A stretch of 64,000 nucleotides of DNA from an uncultured delta proteobacterium (GCA_963735595.1 CAVTLK010000005.1:877711-941710), one strand, 5' to 3'. Positions 21,140 to 32,110 are shown, numbered from the stretch's first letter. Notes: generated from the letters alone by a model not told the origin. Translations and numbers: made by a program.

Positions 21140-21168
21140 AAAGACCCGCCGGGAGGCGGGTCTTTTTG
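21140..21168 (+). terminator. rho-independent terminator
   Basis: AAAGACCCGCC-GGGA-GGCGGGTCTTTTT. Confidence 0.8.
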
Positions 21169-21259
21169 TTATCGGTTGTAAGCGCGGCACTAATGCCGGC
21201 CGGCGGGTGGGTGGCACGGGCAATGTTAAACTGTGCCGCCTTCGGCGGCGATTATTATT

Positions 21260-21440
21260 GTCATTGCGAGGGCGCGGCAGCGCCCGCGACAACCTCATTG
21301 CCCGTGGGGTGGGGGAGCTGCCGGGCACGACGTGTCATGCCCCTACAGGTTATAAACCCATTTCGTGTTAGAACGCGTAGGGGCTGCATTCATGCCGCTC
21401 GTCCCTTCATTATCGCCTCTCCATCGTCATTGCGAGCCGC
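21260..21440. repeat. cluster of REP-like palindromic elements
   Basis: GTCATTGCGAG heads at 21260 and 21426 (also at 28814); inverted pair GCCCCTAC (21339) / GTAGGGGC (21377). Confidence 0.55.
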
Positions 21441-21856
21441 CCATCGGGGCGCTCGCCGAACGTGAAAACGTCGCCGTAAATGTATTTCCACGCTTCGATG
21501 GCATTCCTGTAGAGGGTTATGAATTCCTCGAATTTTCTTTCCGGGGATTGGGTCTTATCGAGACTAAGCATGTCGGGAAAGAACTCGAGGGTAAGGTCGA
21601 AAGCCTTTTTCCCTCCGCGAAAGAGGAGCGGCCGGGCGCCGCGTTCCCCGAAGAGGCCCAGCGTGCTGGTGAAAAACCGGGTCATATCCGAAAGAGGATA
21701 GACCATTTCGAAATCAGGGGGCGGATAATTCCCGATGAATTTATCGAGTCCCGCGTAATTCAGTACTGCGGACAAGCCGCCCTTACCGAGGATATCCTCA
21801 GTGGTCATAAACGTGAGGTTCAGGAGTTGATTTGGAATCTTCTCATTCAGACCCAT
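21410..21856 (-). pseudogene. truncated V4R-family paralog lacking the C-terminal zinc motif
   Basis: Collinear with 22036..22641 from MGLNEKIPNQ to IYGDVFTF, then runs into a REP-like element and stops. Confidence 0.65.
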
Positions 21857-22035
21857 GGTAGTATGTCTCCGTACGAGTTTTAGGGAAGAGACCACTGCAA
21901 CCGGATAGGTATCTGCAAAGAAACGATCAGGAGGCAAATGGTAGTGGATGCCTTCACATTACCCCATAATAAATAATAAGGTCAAGGATTGTTTTAACGA
22001 TCCTTGACCTTATCGGAGAGCAGGTAGTGATATTC

Positions 22036-22641
22036 CTACGGCCGGTGTATGATGAACTTGCACACCGGGTCGCCCGCGGCGATGCACTGCGTTTCCTCGA
22101 CCTTCACCTCGCCGCCCATAACATAGTGCAAAAAGCCGTACTGAAATCCCACCTGGGCGTGGCAGATCGGTTTTTCTGTCTTGAGCCCCAGGCACCAGAA
22201 GCAGGGGCCTATCTCGACGGCGGCGCCCTCCGGGATCTCGTAAAACGTGAAGACGTCGCCGTAGATGTAATTGGAGGCTACTACGGCGGCCCCGTAGAGT
22301 TTGACAAACTCCTCGAACTTTTTTTCAACCGGCTTGGTCTTATCGATGCGGTGCATGTCAGGGAAGAGCTCGAGGCTGATCTCGAACCCGCGTCTACCCC
22401 CGTGAAAAAGTATGGGACGCGCGCCCTTCTCCCCGAAGATATCAATAGCGCCGGTGACGAACTTGATGAACTTCTCAATGGGATAGACCATCTCAAAATC
22501 GGCCGGCGGCATCGAACCTACAAATTCGTCGAGCTTCGCGTACCGGAGGAGGGTGTTCAGCCCGGACTTGCCGATGATCTCCTCTGTAGCCATGAAGGTC
22601 AGGTGCAGCAACTGGTTCGGGATCTTCTCGTTGAGCCCCAT
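22036..22641 (-). CDS. V4R domain protein
   Basis: CFWC...PICH...VEETQCIAAGDPVCKF. Confidence 0.85.
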   Translation of the reverse strand: MGLNEKIPNQLLHLTFMATEEIIGKSGLNTLLRYAKLDEFVGSMPPADFEMVYPIEKFIKFVTGAIDIFGEKGARPILFHGGRRGFEISLELFPDMHRIDKTKPVEKKFEEFVKLYGAAVVASNYIYGDVFTFYEIPEGAAVEIGPCFWCLGLKTEKPICHAQVGFQYGFLHYVMGGEVKVEETQCIAAGDPVCKFIIHRP

Positions 22642-22822
22642 ATTTTATTCCTCCGTTTTCGTATGTCCTCGGTTCGGCCTATCGCATTACGGAAATTCCC
22701 AATACTCGTGACCCAACGCGGGGAGAGGGCGTAACGCCTTCTCCGTAATCATAGCACAGGACGCGGGCGTTGTCGACGGCTGGGCGCTTGTATGAGACCC
22801 AGGCCGACGGTGCTTCTGCCGC

Positions 22823-23398
22823 CTACGCGCCTATCACCACCTCATAGTGGCAGGTTTCGTCCCCCTTCGCCTTGCATCTGGTCTCCGCCGACCGCGCCCC
22901 TTCGAAACCGGCCCAGACAGCCAAGCTATCCAAAAAGCCGTTGATGATGGTGCAGATTGGGACGTCGCTCTTGAGGTTGAAACATGTGGCGCATTGAGGG
23001 TTGTCGAACGTCAACCTGTTCCCCTGAATCGTGACCGTTCCCCGGCCCGATACAATCGTGTAGAGCTCGACGGCCTTGAAGAGCTTCTCCTGCCCCGGAA
23101 GGTCTTTGAACTGATCGAGGAGACCCAGGTCCTTGACCCGCTTGGCGATGGACTTTCCTATGATCCGAAAGATCGCCTTAGCCCCGGGGACGCCCAGCAA
23201 CTCGTAGAAACTCACGATGATCCGGGAATACTCCATGTCGGTGTAGGTCTTCTCGAACCCGTAACCGGGTTTTTCCTCCATGAGGTGGGACATCATGGCG
23301 TAGTTAAGGAGCGACTTGAGGCCGTTAGTCCCGATTACGTCTTCGGCGGCGTCCATCAGGACCCGGACGGTCCCGCTGCCGACGGTCTTTTCGTCCAT
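22823..23398 (-). CDS. V4R domain protein
   Basis: CATC...PICT...ETRCKAKGDETCHY. Confidence 0.85.
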   Translation of the reverse strand: MDEKTVGSGTVRVLMDAAEDVIGTNGLKSLLNYAMMSHLMEEKPGYGFEKTYTDMEYSRIIVSFYELLGVPGAKAIFRIIGKSIAKRVKDLGLLDQFKDLPGQEKLFKAVELYTIVSGRGTVTIQGNRLTFDNPQCATCFNLKSDVPICTIINGFLDSLAVWAGFEGARSAETRCKAKGDETCHYEVVIGA

Positions 23399-23423
23399 TT
23401 CTGATGTCCTCTTTACGCGGTTC

Positions 23424-23627
23424 TCACTGCTGCACGAAGTGTTCGACCGATTCCCCGAGCCCTTCCATAATCGTGTTAAACTCATTGATGAACTCGTCCC
23501 GCACGACGATGATACCTCCGCACACGGGACAATGAAGCTCGTCTCCCGACTTCGGGATACCGGCGGCAAACGCGTTAGCCTCGTTGCAGTCGGGACAGGT
23601 AAAGACGATAACCATATCGGTAAGCAC
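23424..23627 (-). CDS. small zinc-ribbon protein
   Basis: CPDC...CPVCG; directly upstream of a V4R gene. Confidence 0.55.
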   Translation of the reverse strand: MLTDMVIVFTCPDCNEANAFAAGIPKSGDELHCPVCGGIIVVRDEFINEFNTIMEGLGESVEHFVQQ

Positions 23628-23890
23628 TGCTTATCCTTCGTACACAATAAAGCTTCAATCGATAGCGTGGCCGGCTGATCGGGGCAGGTTTCGGGATTAA
23701 AGGCCTTATGGGGGTGGCGAGAGGCGCCGGCAAATGTATATTATATTATACGCGATACGTAACCCGATAGCAAGGCCAATTGACCGACGACCGACGGCCC
23801 TTCCGTACGTCTTCCCCCTGATTTCTCACCGGGCAGGCAGGGATGGATTCGCGTGCCCGCCCATTGTCCGGTGAATCGGCGGAGAGCCGC

Positions 23891-25486
23891 CTACCCGCCG
23901 TAAATGATCTCTCCGCCGATCATCGTCATCTTCACGGCGATATCCCTGATCTCGTCCGGCGAAACGAGACGCGGATCGCGGTCGAGGATCACGAGATCTG
24001 CCTGTTTCCCCGCCTCGATTGTGCCCCTGGTGTCTTCCTCGAAGGAGGCGTAGGCCGCCCGGCTCGTGTAGAGGGAAAGCGCGTCATAGGCGCTCAGTCG
24101 TTGGTCCGCCGTGAAACCGCGCCGTGTTACTGCACCCCACATACCCGCCAGGACCGACGGCGACTCTATGGGTGAGTCCGATCCGCCGCACACCGGAATG
24201 TCCGCTTCGAGGGCGTGCCGTATGGCATAGACGTCCTCAAGGCGGCCCTTACCCACGCGGCTTTCGATCCATGACCCCTCCGAGACGATGAACGACGGCT
24301 GGAACGAGAGGATAATCCCGGCCTCTTTTATCGCCGGGAAATCGGAGCGCCTGATCATCCCGCAGTGTTCGATGCGGTGGCGCAAGTCGGGGCCGCCTAT
24401 CGACCGCCGGGCTTCGGCGAATACGGATATCGTCCGGCTGACGGCCTCGTCACCGATGACATGGGCCGCGACCCGCAGACCCTCTTTCTGCGCCTCGAAA
24501 ACGGTAGCCCGCAGGGCCTCGTCGCCGATGACCATCATACCCCGCTCACCGGGCATATCCGAATAGTCCTCGGAGAACCGGGCAGTGCGGGAGCCGAACG
24601 TTCCGTCTACGAATATCTTGAGGGCGCCGCCGCACCACCTGCCGTTCTTCTTTTCGGCGCCGAACTTTTCGGCGAGCGTCGTGACGGCCTCGGCAACCGA
24701 GGTGGCGGCGACCAGCGGGTAGACCGACTGGTGTATCTCCTTTTCGAAGAGCTTCAGCAGCGGGACCTCATACGGCCCGAGACTCCCGGCGGGCCCGTTC
24801 TGGCCGGTTTGGAGGACCGAGTGGACGCGGACAATCCCCGATTTAGACAGCTCGTCCACGAATAGATGGAAGCCCTTTCTGAACTCCTCCACGTCGGGAA
24901 TGGGAAAGGCGGCCAGCGCGAGATCGATGGCAAGCTCCTTGAGCACTCCCGTCGGCCTGCCATGCTCCCGCGCGATGACCCCTCCCTCGGGATCGGGGGT
25001 ATTGTCGGTGATTTTGGCCGCGGAAAGCGTTGCCGAGTTAACGAGGCCCGTATGACCGTCGTACCGGATGAGCAGGACTGGATTGTGGGGGGCCGCGGCG
25101 TCAAGCTCGGCCAGGGTCGGCATTCGCTTGTCCGGGAAATTGTCCTCCCTGAAACGGAGGCCCATGATCCATGCCCCCGGGGAGGATGCGGCGACCTTAC
25201 CTTTGATGATCGAGAGAAGCTCATCGACCGAGCCGACGTCGGCAAGATCGGTGTTCATCCTGAAATAGGCCGACAGCACCAGGTGCAGGTGACAATCGGT
25301 GAAGCCGGGGATCAGCACCCCTCCCGCGAGGTCTATCTCGTCGCATGTTGCACCCGCCCGGGCCCGCAGCTCATCGGCAGTTCCGGTGCCGGCTATCGTA
25401 TCGCCGGAGACCAGGCAGGCCCCGTATGTGACCGACTGCCCCTCCATAGTCAGGACGGTTCCATTGGTAAAGATATAGTTTCCCAT
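23891..25486 (-). CDS. amidohydrolase (YtcJ-like, Amidohydro_3)
   Basis: PGFTDCHLH, KIFVDG, HVIGD, HRIEH, GGSDSP, GKQADLVILD. Confidence 0.9.
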   Translation of the reverse strand: MGNYIFTNGTVLTMEGQSVTYGACLVSGDTIAGTGTADELRARAGATCDEIDLAGGVLIPGFTDCHLHLVLSAYFRMNTDLADVGSVDELLSIIKGKVAASSPGAWIMGLRFREDNFPDKRMPTLAELDAAAPHNPVLLIRYDGHTGLVNSATLSAAKITDNTPDPEGGVIAREHGRPTGVLKELAIDLALAAFPIPDVEEFRKGFHLFVDELSKSGIVRVHSVLQTGQNGPAGSLGPYEVPLLKLFEKEIHQSVYPLVAATSVAEAVTTLAEKFGAEKKNGRWCGGALKIFVDGTFGSRTARFSEDYSDMPGERGMMVIGDEALRATVFEAQKEGLRVAAHVIGDEAVSRTISVFAEARRSIGGPDLRHRIEHCGMIRRSDFPAIKEAGIILSFQPSFIVSEGSWIESRVGKGRLEDVYAIRHALEADIPVCGGSDSPIESPSVLAGMWGAVTRRGFTADQRLSAYDALSLYTSRAAYASFEEDTRGTIEAGKQADLVILDRDPRLVSPDEIRDIAVKMTMIGGEIIYGG

Positions 25487-25721
25487 CGCCGGCTCCTTGT
25501 TGGAAAATCGTATATGTTTGTTTGACGGTCTGCAGGATTTCCCCGCCGCAGGGACCCTTGCACCGAGGCGTTACGGGCTTGCGCCGCCCCTCGGCATCGC
25601 AGCAACCCCCTCGAATATGTATCATTGGCCCGCCGCCGTGTCAAGGGCAAGAACGGCGCAAGGTGTGACCGGCGTCATAGAAGGCCGTTGGGGTGTGGGG
25701 TAGTAATGTAATAATGGTTCT

Positions 25722-25767
25722 TGTTACAGTTGCGCAACCTTCATCGGCGGTGTTGCAGTAATGTAAC
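25722..25767. promoter_or_regulatory. tandem imperfect palindromes, putative enhancer-binding-protein sites
   Basis: TGTTACAGTTGCGCAAC (25722) and TGTTGCAGTAATGTAAC (25751), abutting TTGACT-N16-TATAAT (25774-25801). Confidence 0.5.
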
Positions 25768-25829
25768 TTTTATTTGACTTTCTATAACGATTCACTATAA
25801 TAATCATCAATTAATAAGGACTGTCACTC

Positions 25830-28766
25830 GTGACCGAAAGACAGATGCATATTCTCCTGATTGAAGACAGTCCCTGGGACAGGCGGCTCATCGGCGATAT
25901 GCTTGCCGAGGTAAAAGACGAATCCTTCGTCCTTTCGACCGCCGACGACCTTGCGGAAGGTAAGCGACTGCTGGGCGTCGGCGACATAGATCTCATACTG
26001 CTTGATCTCATCCTTCCCGACTCCGAAGGACTGAATACGCTCCATGCCGTCCTGGAAGGCTACTCCGTCGATACCAATAGTCATCTGCTCGTCGATATCC
26101 AACAAGGAAATCACGCTCAAGGCCGTAAGCGAGGGCGCCCAGGACTTCCTGATCAAGGGCAGTATCGACCCGACGACGCTGGTGCGCTCCATGCGGTATG
26201 CCCGGGAGCGTAAAAGGAGCGAGGAGGCCCTTAAACTGGCCCATGACCATCTGGAGATGCGGGTCAAGCAGCGGACCGCCGAGCTTAACCGAGGCAAACG
26301 ATCTCCTTACAAGAGAAATCGTCGAACGCAAGGCGGCCGAGGAATCTCTCTCGTCGCTGAGAAAGGCTGTGGAGAGCAGCACCGTCGGAATAACCGTTAC
26401 CGACCTCTCGGGCGTCATCATCTATACCAATCCTGCTGAAGCCGCAATGCACGGCTACACGGTAGGTGAGCTCATCGGGTCCCAGGCCCGTTTACTGGCC
26501 CCGGAAGAGATCAGGAGAAAGATGACGCTCGCGGAAATCAGCGAGATGAAAAGCAGTGACCCGCGAGACGGTCAATATCCGAAAAGACGGCAGTACTTTC
26601 CCCATCAGCAGGACAACCGATATCATCAGGGAACAAAACGGCCACCCCCTTTTTGTTGTAAGCGTCTCGGAAGACATTACCGAAAAGAAGCACGCAGAGG
26701 AAAAGATACGCGAATCAGAAAAGAAATATCGGGACCTTGTGGACAACATGCAGGACCTGGTCTACATTATCGACGAGAAAGGGAGATATCCGATTCGTAA
26801 ACCAGGCGGTAGCCGACCGGTCCGGATTCGAGATAGAAGAGCTCAAGGGGAAGAGCATCGCCGATTTCTTCACCACGGAGTCACTCAAATACCTGGAAGA
26901 GGTATACAGGCAGCGTGCAACGGGCGAAGACGTGGGCGTATATGAGCTGGACTATTACGACCGCCAGGGCAACGTCAGAACGATCGAGGCCAAGGAACGG
27001 CCGATCATCAGAGACGGCAGGATCGTCGAGGTTCAGGGGATCGCCCGCGACATCACCCAACGAAAACAGGTGGAGCAGGCGCTGAGAGAATCGGAGCGTC
27101 AGTACAGGGAGCTGGTGGACACGATCAGCGATTATCTGTATGTTGCCGACGAAAAGGGAACGGTTTTATTCGCCAATAAGTCCCTGTGCGACGACGCGGG
27201 CTATTCCCTCAATGAGATCGTCGGCAGTAACGTCAGCCGGTTTCTGACCCCCGATTCCCAGGAGCTTTCGGCGCGGTTGTTTCGGAAACAATTGGCCGGA
27301 GAAGAGATCGAGGCCTTCGAAATAGATTTTTCCGCCAAGGACGGCACAATCAGGACGGTCGAAATTCGCGAGAGCCACGTTTGGCAGAACGGCCGCATCG
27401 TTCAGGTCAGGGGGATCGGCCGGGACGTTACCGAACAGAAGAAGGTGGTCGCCACCACGCTTGACAGCGTTTCGGACGGGATCATCATCCTGAACATGAA
27501 GGGCGAGGTTACCTCAACGAATGCCGCCGCCGAACGGATTACGGGACTCGACCGCAGCCGGATAATCGGCAAACTCCTTTCCGAGATCCTCCGGGAGCGG
27601 TACCGGCAGCGGCGAGTCAATCCCGCTTGGAATTATCGGCACCGGGAAGACCTGGTAAACCGGGAGCTGGACCTGATAACCGCCACCGAGCGAATTGTTC
27701 CGGTGTCTCTTTCTCAAGGTGCTCCTCACCGACCGGGAGGGCAAGACCCTCGGCCGTGTTGTGACGTTCCGGGACATCTCGCGTGATCGTCGAGCTTAAA
27801 AAGGAGATCGACCGGAAATATACCTACCAGGATATCATCAGCAAGAACAAGCAGGTCAAGGAAATATTCGACATCCTCCCCCACATATCCGACAGTGACA
27901 GCACCGTGCTGATAGAGGGCAAGAGCGGGACCGGCAAAGAGCTCTTCGCCCGGGCCATCCACAACCTGTCGACCCGGAGAAAGGGACCTTTCGTTGCGGT
28001 AAACTGCGCCGCCCTTCCCGATACGCTGCTGGAATCGGAGCTTTTCGGATACGTGAAAGGGGCCTTCACCAACGCCGTGAAGGATAAACCCGGAAGGTTC
28101 GCCCTGGCACAGGGAGGAACGATACTCCTGGACGAGATCGGAGACATGCCGAAAGCCCTTCAGGTGAAACTGCTGCGCGTCCTGGAACAGAAGGAATATG
28201 AGCCGCTCGGCTCGGTGGCCAGTATAAAGAGCGATGTCCGGATCATTGCCTCAACGAACCGGGAGCTTGCTTTCGAGGTGGAACGCGGTAATTTCCGGGA
28301 AGACCTCTTCTATCGCCTCAACGTCGTAAAGATCTCGCTGCCGGAGCTCAAAGAGCGTCGGGAGGACATACCGCTGCTGACAAGCCACTTCGCGGATAAA
28401 TTCGCCAGCAAGATGGGAAAGGCCGTATCGTCGGTGTCCGAGGGGATGCTCGATATCCTGATGAGCCATGATTTCCCGGGCAACATCAGGGAGCTCGAAA
28501 ATGTCATCGAGCATGCGATGGTTATTTCCGGCGGAGGGGTGCTTGACGTGCAGCATATGCCGAAGTCGCTCCTGGACAAGGCCTCGGCGCGGGGCTACCT
28601 GCAGGCATCGTTCAGGGAAGAGGTAACCAAGTCCGAGAGGAAGATCATTGAGGAGGCCCTCGCCAAGTTCCACGGGAGCCGCATCCTGGCGGCAGACTTC
28701 CTGAACATGAACCGGACGACCCTCTGGCGCAAGATGAAGCGGTACGGGCTGTTGGTCGAGGAATAG
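25830..28766 (+). CDS. sigma54-dependent activator (REC, multiple PAS, AAA+, Fis HTH), split by several frameshifts
   Basis: ILLIED/LILLDL receiver domain; PAS repeats; GKSGTGKE, GAFTNA, LLDEIG, FREDLFYRL, PGNIREL; C-terminal HTH. Confidence 0.85.
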
Positions 28767-28838
28767 GGGGCGGGAGATTACGGGGACACCATAGTTAATT
28801 TTCCCCTTTCACCGTCATTGCGAGGAGGCCCCGGAGGG

Positions 28839-29597
28839 TCATAATCCCGCCTTTCTGATATACGCTCCCCAGATAATCGCGGTGGGGGGGACCCTGAGGG
28901 GGGCGCGCCTGAGGCTGTCCGCGTTCATCGCCACGGCTTTGCGCGAGATGGGGGATGTAGTAACGGAGAAATCGGCCACGCCCGCCGCCCGGATAATCTC
29001 TTCGGCGCCCTCCGGCGCGATCGCCTCTTCTATCGATTCGAGGAACGCCCCCGCCGCCGCCTTTGACAGATTGCCAGCGATGAAATCGACAACCGACCGA
29101 TCGGCCCGGCCGTTCAGGTCGATGACCAACGCCAGCCCGCCGGGCGCCAGCGCCCGGTATATCTCCGCAAAGAGCCGTGTCTTGTCCGGCACGTGGTGGA
29201 CGACCCCGTAAGAGGCGACGACGGCAAGGGAGTTATCCCGAATCGGGAGCATGGTCGCGTCGCCCGCGACCGGCCTAACGCCTCCGGGCAAACCGCCATA
29301 CGCCATCGCCTCGGAGATTATCGCGGGGGAAATGTCGAGCGCCACGACCGGGCGGCCCGGTGAGCGCCTGGAGAGCTCGGCGGCCATGTTTCCCATGCCG
29401 GTGCCGATATCGAGGATAGCGCCCGCCCGTCCGCAGGCCGTCCACCCCTTTGAACGGATGAAAAGCTCATCGGCTACCAGCGCGTACATCGTGGCCAGCA
29501 CCGAGTCGGCCATCTCTTTGTATGCCGCCGCCGCTTCCGAGACCGACAGGCCCGCAAATTCGCCGGAAAGATCCACGCTCTTTTTCCGGTCATCCAT
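28839..29597 (-). CDS. class I SAM-dependent methyltransferase
   Basis: ILDIGTGMG, GDATMLP, HHVPD..EIYRALAPGG. Confidence 0.85.
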   Translation of the reverse strand: MDDRKKSVDLSGEFAGLSVSEAAAAYKEMADSVLATMYALVADELFIRSKGWTACGRAGAILDIGTGMGNMAAELSRRSPGRPVVALDISPAIISEAMAYGGLPGGVRPVAGDATMLPIRDNSLAVVASYGVVHHVPDKTRLFAEIYRALAPGGLALVIDLNGRADRSVVDFIAGNLSKAAAGAFLESIEEAIAPEGAEEIIRAAGVADFSVTTSPISRKAVAMNADSLRRAPLRVPPTAIIWGAYIRKAGL

Positions 29598-29708
29598 ATA
29601 GCACCGCATACCGTATCGTCCCGATATTCATACATGGAAATTGGGCCGATGTCCAGAGTAAATCGACCGGGGAAGCAGGGCCGTATGGGTTCTGTTGATA
29701 CCTGTTTT

Positions 29709-30242
29709 CTATACGGAAGTTTTCTTCCCGGCAATCGCCTTTTCCCTGGCCAGGATCAGCGCGATAACCACCAGCGTGATCACCGTCTCGGGGAGCATAT
29801 AGCTGCCGTTGTATATTGCCGAATAGGCCAGCACGTTCATGCCCTCCGGCGCGTACTGCGCGAAGAAGATCACCCCCGAGAGGGTATGGGCGGCAAACCT
29901 CAGGAAGCTGCCGACCACCACGCCCACGAGGGGGACGGACCGCATGAACCCCGCTACTCCCAGCAATGTGAAGGCCAGGGGATAGTCCAGGACCAACTGG
30001 GCCGGATGGACAATGTAGGCCCCGAAGAAGAGCTGACCAAGCCCCATGAGTAAGCCGGTGACGCACCCAAGGACACCTCCACGCCGCACCGCGATATAGA
30101 ACACCGGGATCATCTCCAGCGATAGCGAACCGCCCTGGGGAAGGGTATAGAGCTTAACGAGCGAGAGGACTACGGCCAGAGCCGCGGCCAGCGCCACCTC
30201 CACCATGACCCGAACATTCTTGATATTGGTCCTTGTTTCCAT
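29709..30242 (-). CDS. thiT: ECF-type thiamine transporter S component ThiT
   Basis: LPQGGSLS, HPAQLVLDYPLAF, RF..H.LSGVIFF.QYAP, YSAIYNGSY; upstream TPP riboswitch. Confidence 0.92.
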   Translation of the reverse strand: METRTNIKNVRVMVEVALAAALAVVLSLVKLYTLPQGGSLSLEMIPVFYIAVRRGGVLGCVTGLLMGLGQLFFGAYIVHPAQLVLDYPLAFTLLGVAGFMRSVPLVGVVVGSFLRFAAHTLSGVIFFAQYAPEGMNVLAYSAIYNGSYMLPETVITLVVIALILAREKAIAGKKTSV

Positions 30243-30322
30243 CTCTTTTGTCTCCTTTTATTTCCATACAACGCGCCGTAATCGGCAAGAGCCTGCGTTT
30301 GAAAGTGGACTTCGGGGCGCCG

Positions 30323-30360
30323 AAAAAACAAAACGGCCGTCGGAAAACCGACGGCCGTAG
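30323..30360 (-). terminator. riboswitch expression-platform terminator
   Basis: ACGGCCGTCGG-TTTT-CCGACGGCCGT followed by U tract on the - strand. Confidence 0.75.
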
Positions 30361-30374
30361 TGGATATAGTATTA

Positions 30375-30447
30375 ATTTTCCTCCGCCGGAATTACCCGGA
30401 TCAGGTTCAAAGGGTATAATCTCAGCCCAGTGGGCACCCCAGTTTCC
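30375..30447 (-). ncRNA. TPP riboswitch
   Basis: GGGGTGC...GCTGAGA...ACCC.TTGAACCTGATCCGGGTAATTCCGGCGGAGGAA core. Confidence 0.95.
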
Positions 30448-30750
30448 GATTTTCAACGAGCATTTTAATACATCGAATCGCCGATATCGATCCGACTATG
30501 ACGTTCATGATAGCCCAATCGACGGCGAGGTCAAGGAAAAATAGTGAAGGCGGGGACAAATCGGGGATCGGGCCGGGCGTGGCAGCGTCACGGGGCAGGC
30601 GACGGGGGGGGCGATCGGGAGGGGATCGGGCTAAATTCTATTTGACACCTCCGGTAAAAGTTGGTACTAATACCCGATCGGTGATATACGGGATACCTGC
30701 TCAACGGCGATCTCCCGTTTCGGCCGAGGACATAAAGAACACTTCACTAC

Positions 30751-30826
30751 GCGCCCGTAGCTCAGGGGATAGAGCAACGGACTTCTAATCCGTGGGTCGC
30801 AGGTTCAATTCCTGCCGGGCGCGCCA
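30751..30826 (+). tRNA. tRNA-Arg(TCT)
   Basis: GCGCCCG acceptor stem; ACGGA-CTTCTAA-TCCGT anticodon arm; GGTTCAATT T loop; encoded CCA. Confidence 0.97.
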
Positions 30827-30887
30827 AAATCCTAATGATCTCAATTGGTTGAAAATCACCCCAACCCATTTTTTTGCGTATTTTGGA

Positions 30888-32000
30888 TTAAAACGCGCCA
30901 TGTGTCACTTTTGTGTCACTTTTTTTGGCGTTACCGCCGAGATATTTGGATAGCTTCTGCACCGCTTCTTTCCCATCGGACTCATCCACGCTGTTATATC
31001 GGAGGAACATCGACATAGTCTTGTGACCCGTTTGGGCCATTATAACCGAATCATGGACACCGGCCTTTCTCATGTTGGTTACAAAGCAGTGACGCAGGTC
31101 GTGTATCACAAAACCGGCAATATCGGCTCGCTTACAGGCATTCTTGAAAGCGGTTCGAATACTCCTTACAGGTCTGCCGTCATTATAGATGAAGACAAAC
31201 TTGTGAGAAAGGCTCCTCATTTTGCTTGCCTCGATGAGAACCGATTTGACCTCATCAGTCAGGAATATGCGACGCTTTTGCTTAGTCTTTGTGTCGGCGT
31301 ATCCGAGATCGACGTGTTCTTCCTTCATATTTACCTTATCCCAGGTAAGGGTTAGGATTTCATTGATCCTCATTCCCGTATGGTAGGCAACAAGAACGAT
31401 CGACCGTATCGGTTCATGAAGCTCCTCGAAAAGCTTTCGATATTCCTCTGATGAAAGAGTCCTGTCTCTCTTGTTCTGTTCTGGCAGCATCGGGATGCCT
31501 TTACATGGATTACGCAGAACTAACTCGTCCCTAATTGCCAGGTTGAACGCTCGCCTCATGAGGGCAAATTCTCGGTTAATTGTGGCGGGCCTGGTGGGTA
31601 TCCCCCGACGACTCGTTTCTTTTAGCCGTTTCTGTTGGAATCTTTCAATGTCGGACGGTAATATCTTTGAGGCTTTTAGGTTACCGAAATGCCTCCTGAG
31701 GACTCCTGATCTCTGAACGTCATCCTTATAAGAAAACTTCGCTCTCGGACCAGGTTGCTCAAGGTACCAATCGATGAGTTGGCTAAAAGCTAGGTCTTTA
31801 GCATACTGGCTTCCAGTCCGTTCCCTCATTTCAAACTCGGCAATCTTGTTAGCAAGAAAAGACTTGGCAGCCGTCTTATCTCCGACCTTCTCTCTCGCGT
31901 AGACGATCTTCCCGTCTAAATCCCTTTCGATCGGGTACCGGACAAACCAAGGTCCACTCGGCTTCCCTTCCTTGTTTCTGTATCTCTGAAAAACGCCCAT
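30888..32000 (-). CDS. tyrosine recombinase/integrase
   Basis: TGMRINEI, HDLRH, GHKTMSMFLRY catalytic motifs. Confidence 0.95.
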   Translation of the reverse strand: MGVFQRYRNKEGKPSGPWFVRYPIERDLDGKIVYAREKVGDKTAAKSFLANKIAEFEMRERTGSQYAKDLAFSQLIDWYLEQPGPRAKFSYKDDVQRSGVLRRHFGNLKASKILPSDIERFQQKRLKETSRRGIPTRPATINREFALMRRAFNLAIRDELVLRNPCKGIPMLPEQNKRDRTLSSEEYRKLFEELHEPIRSIVLVAYHTGMRINEILTLTWDKVNMKEEHVDLGYADTKTKQKRRIFLTDEVKSVLIEASKMRSLSHKFVFIYNDGRPVRSIRTAFKNACKRADIAGFVIHDLRHCFVTNMRKAGVHDSVIMAQTGHKTMSMFLRYNSVDESDGKEAVQKLSKYLGGNAKKSDTKVTHGAF

Positions 32001-32110
32001 TGTTTTCTCCTTTCTCATCTAGTTGATGTGAAAGGTATGGTAGAGCTGGGCGTAAGGTCTAATATCACCTCCTTTCTGAGGAAGATAATAGCACCCTTGT
32101 CGCCCAGGTG

